A stretch of DNA of 64,000 nt from Nitrosopumilus sp. (GTDB lineage Archaea > Thermoproteota > Nitrososphaeria > Nitrososphaerales > Nitrosopumilaceae): NCBI GenBank assembly GCA_965219345.1, contig OZ244732.1, positions 288,001 to 352,000 of the forward strand. Reading direction: 5' to 3'. The translations under genes were made by a program, and so were the position numbers. Numbering within the stretch: position 1 is the first letter of the stretch; each line of letters starts with the position of its first letter. Below the pieces are notes generated by a model. That model saw only the letters and a program-made list of their open reading frames with translations. It had not been told where the DNA came from and did no database searches. Positions 40,432 through 50,451 of the stretch are shown here, one piece after another.

Positions 40432-41919
40432 TTAGATTGCAGGAACTACTATTCCTCTATCTATCATCTTAAGTGCAGTATCTGCTTTTAGGCACATAGC
40501 TACACCGTTTGATGCTTTCATTACAAGACTAAATCCTTCACGACATTCAATGTCTGCAGCATCAATACCTGCATTCATTTGGTGACGTGGTGAAATCCAA
40601 GCTAGTTGGAGATCTTTTGCCTTTTCAATGAATTCTGCCCTAAGTTCTTGTTTTTCCTCGTCTGATAGTTCTGATGATCTCTCACGAAGTTCCATCTTGA
40701 AAGCCTTCATCTCTGCTACTCTATCTTTGATTTCAGATTTGCGCTCATCAGATATTTCGATCTTCATTAAAGCCATATGGTTTTTGAACTTTATTTTGAG
40801 GTCTGACTTTTGTTTATCAGTCCAATCACCGTGCTTTTCTTGGTATTTCATTCTGATTTCATCTGTTCTGTCATCTGAGATATCATGCTTTTCCATGATC
40901 ATTGCCTTTAGACGTGGAGACATGTCAGACATCTTCATCTTGTCATGAACTTTGTCTTTCATGGTATCATGATGTTTCATCTTGTATTCCTCTAGCTCTT
41001 CAGGTGTCATATTACACCATTCTGAGAGTCTATCAAGTTTTGCAGAGTCTGTAATTTCTGCTGCTCTATCAGATTCAGCTAGTCCACATAGTCTATCATA
41101 ATCCATATGTTTTTTGTTTGTCATAACATCACGCATTTTATCTTTCATGTAATCTCTGTATTCGTCTCTGTGTTCAGCGATAAAGTCTGCTTTGTCAGTT
41201 TCATTTAGAGTACAAAATCTGTCCATCTTTGCTGCTTTGTCTGCAGTTTTATCATGTTCAGCTATGTATTTTCTTTTATCTTCATCAGACATTTCACAGT
41301 ATCTATCCAGTTTGTGTCTCATGTCTTTGTTAATATTCATTATGTATTCGTGTTCATGTTCATCGATGTATGCATCACGTTCATCTTCAGACATTTCACA
41401 GTATGCATTCATTCTATCAACATGTTCTTCAGTTTTTTCATGTTCAGCAATTAGCTCTGCTTTTTCCTCGTCAGTCATCTCACAGTATCTATTTAGTTTG
41501 TCTTCAAGAACATCATCATAATCTCTTTCTTTAGGGAAATGTTCTCGCATAAATTCGTCAATTGCGCCGTCTCTTTCATCTTCAGATAATTCACAATGGT
41601 GTACAATTCTCTCTCTGAATTGTTCAAGTCTTGGATGATCTGCAAAAAATTGGCGTTTCTCCTCGTCAGTCATATTACAGAAAGCTTCTAGTCTGTCATC
41701 AAGTCCATATTCATCGTTATCGTCTTCTCGTTCATCGTCTTCTGTAGTTTCATCAGTGGCATCATCCATAGTATCTTCAGAGTCTTCTGCTGTGTTTACA
41801 GTAACTTCTACTGAATCAGATACACCAACATCGTCTGTTTGTGCATATGCAGAACCTGCAGATACACCTAATACCATGATTAGAGATAAAACAATACTTA
41901 GAAGTTCTCTGCTTCGCAT
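40432..41919 (-). CDS. Secreted Cys/His/Met/acidic repeat protein with thaumarchaeal C-terminal domain
   Basis: Signal peptide; about 8 repeats of D/N-x-Y/F-C-E-M-S/T-D-E; C-terminal SPRHQ..IECREG..CLK..TA.KM..RG. Confidence 0.8.
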   Translation of the reverse strand: MRSRELLSIVLSLIMVLGVSAGSAYAQTDDVGVSDSVEVTVNTAEDSEDTMDDATDETTEDDEREDDNDEYGLDDRLEAFCNMTDEEKRQFFADHPRLEQFRERIVHHCELSEDERDGAIDEFMREHFPKERDYDDVLEDKLNRYCEMTDEEKAELIAEHEKTEEHVDRMNAYCEMSEDERDAYIDEHEHEYIMNINKDMRHKLDRYCEMSDEDKRKYIAEHDKTADKAAKMDRFCTLNETDKADFIAEHRDEYRDYMKDKMRDVMTNKKHMDYDRLCGLAESDRAAEITDSAKLDRLSEWCNMTPEELEEYKMKHHDTMKDKVHDKMKMSDMSPRLKAMIMEKHDISDDRTDEIRMKYQEKHGDWTDKQKSDLKIKFKNHMALMKIEISDERKSEIKDRVAEMKAFKMELRERSSELSDEEKQELRAEFIEKAKDLQLAWISPRHQMNAGIDAADIECREGFSLVMKASNGVAMCLKADTALKMIDRGIVVPAI

Positions 41920-42100
41920 TACAAAATTTCAATTCCTTTACATATAAAGAATATTGAAGAAGGTTCTGTAACATCTTCGGGTGTTATCGCTTAAATATGA
42001 ATTTTCTTCAAATTGGGATTGATGCCTAGGCCCTCACATAGGTTCTGTGTAGTCTTCGAGTGGTAAACATGTATTTTCTCCAAATTGAGGCTTTGCCAAG

Positions 42101-42247
42101 TTATCGGGGTGTAAAACATTTTTTAACATTCCACAATTTTGTTTTACATTTAGGGCATATTATTGGAAGCGGAGCATCCCTTGTTCTGGATGTCCATTCC
42201 CAATAACATCTTTCACATTTGTAACCCTGTATGTTGATTATCCCCAT
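42101..42247 (-). CDS. Small Zn-finger protein within the IS left arm
   Basis: MGIINIQGYKCERCYWEW..PIICPKCKTKLWN (48 aa). Confidence 0.65.
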   Translation of the reverse strand: MGIINIQGYKCERCYWEWTSRTRDAPLPIICPKCKTKLWNVKKCFTPR

Positions 42248-42442
42248 TACTGATATGGTGATATTTATCCAAATAAAAGACTTTACCTTAAAGGTAATGC
42301 ATATGTTATGGATTGCCTTTAAGGTAAATATGAAATATGCAATGATGAAAAATAAAATCAGAGGCATGGGAGTGCCAATGATGGACTTGTTACGAACTGA
42401 GCATACTTTCATCTCCCACTTTATAATTTTTGAGGTATTACC

Positions 42443-43623
42443 ATGAACGCAAGACACAGAGAGCCAAACAGTAAGCGGTAGGTGAAGCATCATTCTTTCT
42501 GATTAACTCTAAAGCAACCTTGACGTGCTTGCAGTCGGATTTTCTTTCCTGGTGATCCGAACACTCACAGACCAGACCGTTATCACTTCTTGAAATTATG
42601 TATGATTTTGTAGGATCGGTTTGTGATTTTATTTTGATTTTGTTGTTTCCAATGAACTTTGCAAAGTCTGATAATTCCATAACCTGTTTGGCTCTCTGTG
42701 TTCCTGCGTTCATAGATACTTGTTTACGTGGCAACACTTGGTGGTCAAAAGCAGGCATTCAGAATCATGGAAAGATCACTGATCAGGGTCTGCAAGTCCT
42801 GTGATTCAGGCAGTATTGTCAAAGCTGGACTAGAGAAAGATAAGAACAGGACTTTGCAGAGATTCAAGTGTCAGGACTGCAAGAAAGGATTTGCCACTAA
42901 TTTTGGATTTGAAAAGGTGAGGTCAAAAGATGTTATCGTAACTAGAGCCTTACAAATGTATTATCAAGGATTGAGTGTCAGAGATATTGCAGATAACCTT
43001 GAACAAGAAGGAATTGAAATATCCCACATGACAATATACAGATGGATTGACAAATATTCCAAACTAACTTCAAAATATCTCAATGGTATAGTTCCAAGAG
43101 TAGGCAACTGGTTCAGGGCAGACGAGGTATGGGTAAAGATTGCAGGAAAGCAGAATTACCTGTTTGCCTCAATGGATGATGATACCGAGTATTGGCTGGC
43201 TTCTGATATTGCAGAAACTAAATTCCAGCATAATGCAGACAACTTATTACAGTTAACCAAAATACAAGCAGGAAAGAATCCTAGAAGTTTCATTACTGAT
43301 GGATTACAAGCCTACAAGAAATCAAGTAAGTCTTTGGTACAAAAACTAACCACGTCAGACATATTTACATTCAAAGAGACATGAACAATAACAAGATGGA
43401 AAGATTGAACGGTGAAATCAGGGACAGGGAAAAAGTCTTCAGAGGCTTGAAAAGAATGGACACAGGCATTTTAGATGGCATGAGAGTTTACTATAATTTT
43501 ACAAAGAAACACGGAGCCTTGAAAGGCAAGACTCCTGCACAGGCCTCAATGATCGAAGTGGATGGTTTGAACAAGTGGAAGACCATAATTCAAAACGCCT
43601 CGTTAAGCAAGGATTCTCAATAG
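42443..43623 (+). pseudogene. IS6-family DDE transposase pseudogene (N-terminal SWIM segment inverted, frameshift near 43330)
   Basis: CKSC..CQDC Zn ribbon, GLSVRDI HTH, WFRADEVWVK, FITDGLQAY, NNKMERLNG; SWIM CECSDH..CKH on the minus strand at about 42490-42713. Confidence 0.88.
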
Positions 43624-43701
43624 ACACAAAAATCAATTTGAATAAAATTCATATTTCATGTCCATATCCCCATAACGTTACAGAACCCTTGATCGATATG
43701 G

Positions 43702-43722
43702 TTATTTACCACCCCCCCCCCC
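43702..43722 (+). promoter_or_regulatory. TATA-like box followed by a C11 homopolymer upstream of the surface-protein gene
   Basis: ttattta (43702-43708), C11 (43712-43722), GTG start at 43734. Confidence 0.55.
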
Positions 43723-43733
43723 GTAGATAGTAA

Positions 43734-45086
43734 GTGACACTAAAAGAGAGAGACAGCACTATTGCGGCAGTCCTGATGGCTGTAGCGATAGCAGCAACAA
43801 TGACTGCAGGCTACTATGCGTATGGCCAGTCAGTCAATGATGCTGACGTGGAGATTCTTCCAACACTGAGATACGATGTCGAATATGGTACGATTGCCCA
43901 TGATCTGTCCCTGGTAACAGAACGAGTTAACTTTATTCCTATACTTCATAATGCTATTGGTTACAATGTCACTGGAAATCCCTGGATTGCCGTATTTCCC
44001 GACCCCCTGACCACTGAAGAGGGCGGCAGCCTTGTGGCATCCGGAGATCCCATAAAACCGTACGATTACAGCAATGACGCTAATCCCGAACTTGCCATAA
44101 CCTGTAATACGAATGACTTTGGCCACGACCCCACAATGCTTGCCGAATTTGACTACATCCCCGGTGCCACATATACGGGCATCGATACGTTTGACATTGT
44201 CATAAAAGAGTTCACCTATACCGGTAATGCCGGGAATGCGACCTGTACTACTACCGGGGCAACCAAGACCATACCCGTGGAGATTACGGTAGGTGAAAAG
44301 CCATCCGTAACGTTCAGGGATGACTTTACAAAGTTCTCCAACAGTTCCGGCGTAGTCGTGCTTGACCGTGATGATGACCTGATTGGTTTGCAACCTCCCG
44401 GTGATGGCTTCTTCGACTTCGCGGTTCCATTTCCCTCCTTTGATCTCCCTGTAAGTAATGCAATAGTCGGACTTGACCTTCCTGAGACGACAGATGACGG
44501 ATCAGCCATAACTCCCGTAACCTTGGAAAATGGTACCAAATATTATGTCATCAGAGGCGTGTTTAGTAATGACTCTTTTTCATACAATGCGACTGCCAGT
44601 CTGCCTTACGGTACCGTTGCTGCAAACGGCACTATCGTAGGGTCCCTAAACGAGATTGCATCAAAAACAATTGACGTCACGCTGGATGCCTCTGGCGCTA
44701 CTGATGTTCCTATATGCTCAGCTGACATAATATCAGGTGATCTGGACTTTGGCAGCCTGGCATATGGCGATATTTCGGATACAAAGAGAATTGTATCCAA
44801 GAATACTGGCACTACTTATGCTGTTATGTTAATATCTGGCACTGACTGGCTGGACAGTCATGATACCCCAATCATGGATGTGGGGCAGACAAGGTACACT
44901 GATGACCTGGACTTTGCATACGCGAATATACTATCAATATCTGAAACAGACACAGTGTTTACCAGTTTTGTCATTCCTGACAATGAAAGAGTCCTCTGGC
45001 TGCAAGTTCAAATTGGTGGCGACATCAGTCCAGACTTTACAGGTCAGATTACACAGACTGTGACTATATCTGTGTTCTGTCCCTAG
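43734..45086 (+). CDS. GC-rich secreted/surface beta-sandwich protein (cadherin/Ig-like)
   Basis: Signal peptide; FDYIPGATYTGIDTF Ig-like motif; Thr/Asp/Gly-rich; visibly higher GC than host genes. Confidence 0.75.
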   Translation: MTLKERDSTIAAVLMAVAIAATMTAGYYAYGQSVNDADVEILPTLRYDVEYGTIAHDLSLVTERVNFIPILHNAIGYNVTGNPWIAVFPDPLTTEEGGSLVASGDPIKPYDYSNDANPELAITCNTNDFGHDPTMLAEFDYIPGATYTGIDTFDIVIKEFTYTGNAGNATCTTTGATKTIPVEITVGEKPSVTFRDDFTKFSNSSGVVVLDRDDDLIGLQPPGDGFFDFAVPFPSFDLPVSNAIVGLDLPETTDDGSAITPVTLENGTKYYVIRGVFSNDSFSYNATASLPYGTVAANGTIVGSLNEIASKTIDVTLDASGATDVPICSADIISGDLDFGSLAYGDISDTKRIVSKNTGTTYAVMLISGTDWLDSHDTPIMDVGQTRYTDDLDFAYANILSISETDTVFTSFVIPDNERVLWLQVQIGGDISPDFTGQITQTVTISVFCP

Positions 45087-45354
45087 CCTTTCTTATTTAT
45101 TTTGTAAAAATCCGTCATTGTGAATTAAAAGGGATGCCGGCTGCGTAGCCATTGTCTCTGGCATCATTATGTATCGGCCTTCGCTACTGCTGCTGTTGCT
45201 GCTGCTGCTGCCACACGGTACAGTGGTGATTTTCCATTGGATGAAAGGCCGCAGCGGGGATTCCCGGCATCAAAGACTATTGGCATGGATTGCTGACTTG
45301 CAATGCTTGTTACTGTTTACCCACCATGTAGACTCTGGCATCTGCTATTGGCTT

Positions 45355-45816
45355 ATCTGCTACCTTGCAGCAGAAAGAAAGGGCAGAAAATAGATAGGCT
45401 GCGACATATCAGAGAGGACCTATTTGCTGATTGAGCAAAGGCTCAGGAAAGATGCAGGGATTGCCAAGTTTATCATAGGGGCATCGGATATGGTGATGCC
45501 GGAGACCGTAAGGGTCAGGAAAGATGCAGGGATTGCCAAGTTTATCACAGATGCGGGTAAAGTCATACAACGAACGGACATACCAAAAAGAAAAGGCGTT
45601 AGATCCAAAAACATCAAGCACGTCTTGTATGGTATTCAGCAGGGGTATTGCAATGGTTGCAAATACCACTGCCAGTTCAAGGATCTTGAGGTTGACCATA
45701 TAGTACCCAGAATAAAAGGCGGGCTTGATGATGACAAGAACCTCCAGCTGCTTTGTGGCAATTGCAACAGGAGAAAGGGGGCAAGCTTACAATGTCCGAA
45801 CTGCATGCACTGTTAA
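45355..45816 (+). pseudogene. Remnant of N4/N6 DNA methyltransferase-HNH fusion
   Basis: CYLAAERKGRK*IGCDISE (MTase tail, Trp codon to TAG) in frame with CNGC..EVDHIVPRIKGG..NLQLLCGNCNRRKG HNH. Confidence 0.75.
45443..45547 (+). repeat. 33-nt direct repeat x2 flanking a 39-nt unique insert
   Basis: tcaggaaagatgcagggattgccaagtttatca at 45443-45475 and 45515-45547. Confidence 0.95.
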
Positions 45817-46077
45817 TCAGTGAAGGCATGAAGTTTGGCAAAGGTAGATCCAATTAGTAAATTTTAGACATGAATTTGATTTTGGAGAAGTTCCATATCT
45901 CACCACCCGAAGATGCAACAGAACCAGATTTAGTTAATCTTATATTGCTATTTTTGTAAACTTAATACAGTCATATGCGGATTGTCTCCTCATTTGACTA
46001 AATTGTCTGGCTAGAGGCAAAACTCTGTGAAAGCTCGTCAGGCTTCATTTTATATTAAACAGCATCTTGGTATAACC

Positions 46078-46162
46078 GCAGATGTAGCTCAGCCAGGTAG
46101 AGCGATTGCCTTCTAAGCAACAGACTTTCACAGGTTCGTAAGTTCAAATCCCGCCATCTGCG
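46078..46162 (+). tRNA. Atypical/degenerate tRNA with TCT anticodon and long variable region
   Basis: GCAGATG/CATCTGC acceptor, intact D arm, TTGC-CTTCTAA-GCAA, TTCAAAT loop with two A-C T-stem mismatches; TATA upstream. Confidence 0.65.
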
Positions 46163-46194
46163 CCTCCTAGCACCCAACAACGTTACAGAACCCA

Positions 46195-47792
46195 AATTAT
46201 ACATTTCAGCGAAGAAAATCTCATTCTAATGTTGCCTCTCAATACATTCAACACGATTATGACCTTGCAACTATGCAATCTGATTTTGAAGAATTACTAA
46301 ACAAATTCTCAGATGATTATAAGATAGTTTTTATCATTGATGAACTTGATAAATTAAAAAACCAAGTGGATTTTGTACTAGCTATTAAAATGCTGATTAA
46401 TCAAAGCAATGCACGATACATCTTCATTTCTGACCCAACTATGTTGCCCGCAATCACCGTGCCCAAATCTAAAGAATCCACACTTTTCTCTCAATACCTC
46501 TTCTTAAAACACCCAACATTTGATGAAATAGACGAATTTCTAAACGAGATTATAAGCGATACGAATTTTGATACAAATGATTCAGATTTCGAAATTTTTA
46601 AGAAATTTTTATTGTTTGAATCCCGTTCTCATTTCTTTTCATTATACGCAGTAATTCGAGATCATGTACACAAAACTACTGGTGATGGAAAGCCAGTACT
46701 TGAATTTGAAACCAATCAAAGTATAACAATTAAAGCAAACCTCCAAAAATCTATTGAATGGATATATGATAGGCGTAAATCACCTTATAATTCCCAGTGG
46801 GAAGAAAACAATACTCTTCTTACACATTTGTATGAAATTGCCCACGAGTTGACTGCAACTCCCACTGGAACAAATTTTACTGTTGAACGTGGTTCTGTAA
46901 AGCTTGGAAGAGACATATCTCTACTGGTGCAACATTGACGATGCAAACTGCTTGTTCTGACTTTTTGCAATTCCTAGTCCCACAGGGCTATATTAAAAGC
47001 ATTCAAGAAAATAATACCTATTCAACAGTAGGAGAATTCAATAAATTCAATCCTAAACCAGGAGGCATATTTATCAAAGAACAAAAAGTCTTTGCAAAAC
47101 ACTATGAAGAATTAATTGAACTGGCAATTAATTTTGTAAATATCTTTAATTATTATCATAATGAAGCTGGAACAGTTTTCGATTTAGACAACATACATTC
47201 AAAGTGGGAGGATGCATAGAATATCAATGGCCATATTCCTTTTAATTCCTACGCTGCATGTCGCGACATGTATCTAAATATCAAAAAAGATTCTTCAGCA
47301 TACTATACATTAGCAGAGCTACAGCCTAAAATCTCAGAATTGCAAAATTTTTCATCAGAGTTACAAAATAATTTGTCAAACATAATGTACACGGTATTAT
47401 CTAAACAAATACCACATGTTGGTTATTCAATTTATCCCGATACCAATTCTAGCCCCATATTGAATTCCATAGGAATGCCTAATAGAAATTGTAATCATTT
47501 TGTAATGGATTTTTCATCTGCCAAGCCTTTAAAAATAGACCGAGCCGTTTTTGTGATAAATCCAGATTTGGATTTGCCTAGATTGATCAAAAACTCTTCA
47601 TTACAGAAAACATTAGTGATTTTCTTATCAAAAAAACCGTTTCCTGTTTCACATATCCATTCATCAGTAACAAAATTAAAACAGGCATTAAAAGCACGTG
47701 AATCGTCAAATTATTATCTGAAGATGAAAATCCCAATTGATTTCAATGAGTTTGACAATCTAATTTCAATCATAACTACTATAAGCACCTAA
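46195..47792 (+). pseudogene. KAP-family-like P-loop NTPase fragments, 5'-truncated by the IS end
   Basis: Walker B IVFIIDELDKL without Walker A; frame open from the IS end; broken into three ORFs. Confidence 0.6.
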
Positions 47793-47948
47793 CTTAACAC
47801 CAAAAGCGCCTAAATTAACAGGCGTGTGAAAAGTGATGGAGATTGAACAGAGTGAAAAATTGTACAAGAATATAACACAAGGAAACAGATCGATAAAATT
47901 GCTCTAGATTTTTTTAATTATATGTTTTGGTTTAATATGAATTCCTTT

Positions 47949-48332
47949 CTAAAATTTTACTTTCCATAATTCACTTAATTTATTTCTCATTGATTGAAGT
48001 TCTTCAATTCCTTTTATTTCATTATTAATTAAGATGTCAAGTGCCTTCTCAAATTCAATTCCCTCAAATTTTGTGGGATTACCAGAATTAATGATGACTA
48101 TTCCTTTATTTTGTAATTCATTCAATAAATGATAAGTTTGGGTCCTAGGAATTTTTTGACTTAGAGCAATTGTTTTTGCTTTTGTTGATCCGTTCCTATT
48201 AAGATAGGCGTATACCTTTGATTCATTTTTTGTTAATCCCAATTTCCTTGGGATCTCTTGTACTGAATTTGAAATCTTTGCAGATCTATCAATATTGTCA
48301 TCATCTAACTTTGAGACGTTCATTATTTGCAT
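47949..48332 (-). CDS. TrmB-family HTH regulator (N-terminal domain only)
   Basis: LGLTKNESKVY..IPRTQTYHLLNELQNKG. Confidence 0.85.
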   Translation of the reverse strand: MQIMNVSKLDDDNIDRSAKISNSVQEIPRKLGLTKNESKVYAYLNRNGSTKAKTIALSQKIPRTQTYHLLNELQNKGIVIINSGNPTKFEGIEFEKALDILINNEIKGIEELQSMRNKLSELWKVKF

Positions 48333-49416
48333 GATTAGTGTAAGTTAGATTTTGACATAAAGATCATGGAATTTTATGCGTAAGATCGGATCCAAAATGG
48401 AAAATGCCCAATATTGGCACTATTCAAAGCCATAGGAATTTGAGCAGAAATGCCTGAAACACAGACAAGATCAAACAGTCCATATCATATGTAAACAATA
48501 TAGATGAATGAACAAATAATGAAATTTATACAAAAAAACACACAGATGTTAGTTTGTTATTGGATCTAGTTTATTATTGAATTTAGCATAATGTTAATGA
48601 AGACTGAGGCAACATATTCCCCCAGAATATTCCACTATCGTGTTGCGTGGTACCGGCTCTTTCGTATTACGTAAAGGATGGTTACAATTCTTCAGTCTTC
48701 TAAATTTCTTTAATGTTTACTAAAAGAAGATATACCTGATTTTGGACATTCTAATTATGAAACCACAAGAAATCACCAACATCTTTTATGGCATTCTTGG
48801 AATAGGGATTCTGATATACGCAATAAATCATATTTCAACATGAACATTCATTGGCCTATAGTCAATTAATCAAACCACTTGAAAATTATAACTAATGCTA
48901 CTACTCCCAGCATTACTGGTAGAAAAAACCATGGAAGATTCCTAGGCTTCACAGAAGAGAATATAGAATCTTTTGTTGTATCTGGTTTCATACCATTATT
49001 TAGTAAGAATAATCTTTAACATTTTCTAAACTCTTTTTGTTTTCACTATAACCTAGTCTTTCAGCATTAATCTTTCCCGGTAATTATTCTCATGATTTGT
49101 AATATGTTAGGGTGTAATACTGAAGCTTATACTCAGGTTATGTTCTACCACTTTGAAGAGTGGAGTCGAAATTCCTACTGTAAACAAATCATGAGGTTTT
49201 GTGTTAACCATACTAAATTGATTTGTAGGAATAGGAGTTTTGTCAGGATTCAGGCGTTAAATTGAGAGAGATTGAGGTTAGAGTCAAGGACATAGACTAT
49301 TTTGATTTTCTCTCTATTTGTATCGAAGAGGAACTCTCAGTGGAAAATAAACTCAAAAATATCATTCGATATCATTTGATAACTTATGGAAATAGAAGAA
49401 AAAGAAGAATGAGAAA

Positions 49417-50094
49417 TTACTTTGATTTTTGGTAAATTCTGGGTCGGTTGTTTCTTTCAGTTTTTATAGAAAGACAATCAGGACACAAACCTTGGCAATT
49501 ATTTAGATCATTATTACTTTTATCCCCATCAAAATAGTCATATTTCCACTTCGGAGGTGAAGTAAAGCACATATTGCATTTATCATATTGTCTGTTTCTT
49601 ACTTGTTCTTTCTGAATACTAGTCCAACCTCGTCTTTGAAAAATTTCTAATTTTATCTTCTTTGAAAGTACACCAATAATACTACCAACAATTCCAATTA
49701 AAGCAAGTGTGATGATTCCAATAATTGTAGTTTGGTCATCATTAAGGATTATTTCTTCTGTTTCTGGAATAGTTATCCAGGAATCTGATTTAGTTTTCTC
49801 TGAATCCAAATCAATAATAATTGCTGATTCAGGTTTTAGAATTTGGTTGGTTAGAATATCTCTACATGCTTCATTTCCTTGATTATCCAAACCGTGGTAA
49901 GCACCTTTTGGACAGTCAAATTTAACAAGATCAGATTGAGCAAATGCTTCTACGACAAAGTATGAAAAACAACTTGCAATAAGTAATGACAGACCAAGAA
50001 TAATCGCTACTCTGTCCATTCTCTTCTGAGACTTTTCAAGGATTTTCTGTGATTTCTCATCAAACTTCATACAGGTGGCCATTTCTACCAACAA
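49417..50094 (-). CDS. Membrane-anchored protein with degenerate HNH domain
   Basis: Signal/TM segments, CNMC..YDYFDGDKSNNDLNNCQGLCPDC (catalytic His positions substituted). Confidence 0.65.
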   Translation of the reverse strand: MLVEMATCMKFDEKSQKILEKSQKRMDRVAIILGLSLLIASCFSYFVVEAFAQSDLVKFDCPKGAYHGLDNQGNEACRDILTNQILKPESAIIIDLDSEKTKSDSWITIPETEEIILNDDQTTIIGIITLALIGIVGSIIGVLSKKIKLEIFQRRGWTSIQKEQVRNRQYDKCNMCFTSPPKWKYDYFDGDKSNNDLNNCQGLCPDCLSIKTERNNRPRIYQKSK

Positions 50095-50191
50095 TTTATA
50101 CCTATTGGTAATGAATGGTAATGATAGGTTACAAATGCCAATGTTTATAAAATGAGGCCAATTGCACTCCTCATGGGTTCGTATGGGGCTA

Positions 50192-50451
50192 GATGCAGAC
50201 TGTGTCAGATCTACTAGTAGCTACAGAGCAGTCAGGACTAGGGAATCAAGACAGCACATCTTCTGACAAAAGCAAATCTCTCACATTCAAGATTAACAAA
50301 ATTTATTGAAAATTTGACAGGTGCTGGTTTGATAAACAAAATTGAATTCGATGGAAAAAATACCTCTGTGATTACACCAAAGGGTAAGCAATACTTGGAG
50401 TCATATGAAAAATTCTCTAATTTAGCTGGATCATTTGGATTAGAACTCTAA
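50192..50451 (+). pseudogene. Winged-helix regulator, frameshifted
   Basis: LLTKANLSHSRLTKFIENLTGAGLINKIEFDGKNTSVITPKGKQYLESY, out of frame with upstream MQTVSDLLVATEQSG. Confidence 0.65.

Larger units (their letters stand above)
41962..46192. mobile_element. Nested IS6-family composite element with five terminal IRs
   Basis: GGTTCTGT-type ends at 41962 and 42041 (left) and 43687, 45925, 46192 (right); 41962 and 45925 ends match 20/22 nt; no target-site duplication seen. Confidence 0.75.

Noticed and set aside
46105-46125. Amber suppressor (CTA) reading of the atypical tRNA
   Set aside because: The stem register TTGC/GCAA fixes the loop as CTTCTAA (anticodon TCT); shifting by one base destroys pairing.
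48599-48700. Hammerhead ribozyme on the minus strand (CTGAAGA..GAAA)
   Set aside because: Stem II does not close directly on the core, and no convincing stem III or cleavage triplet is present.
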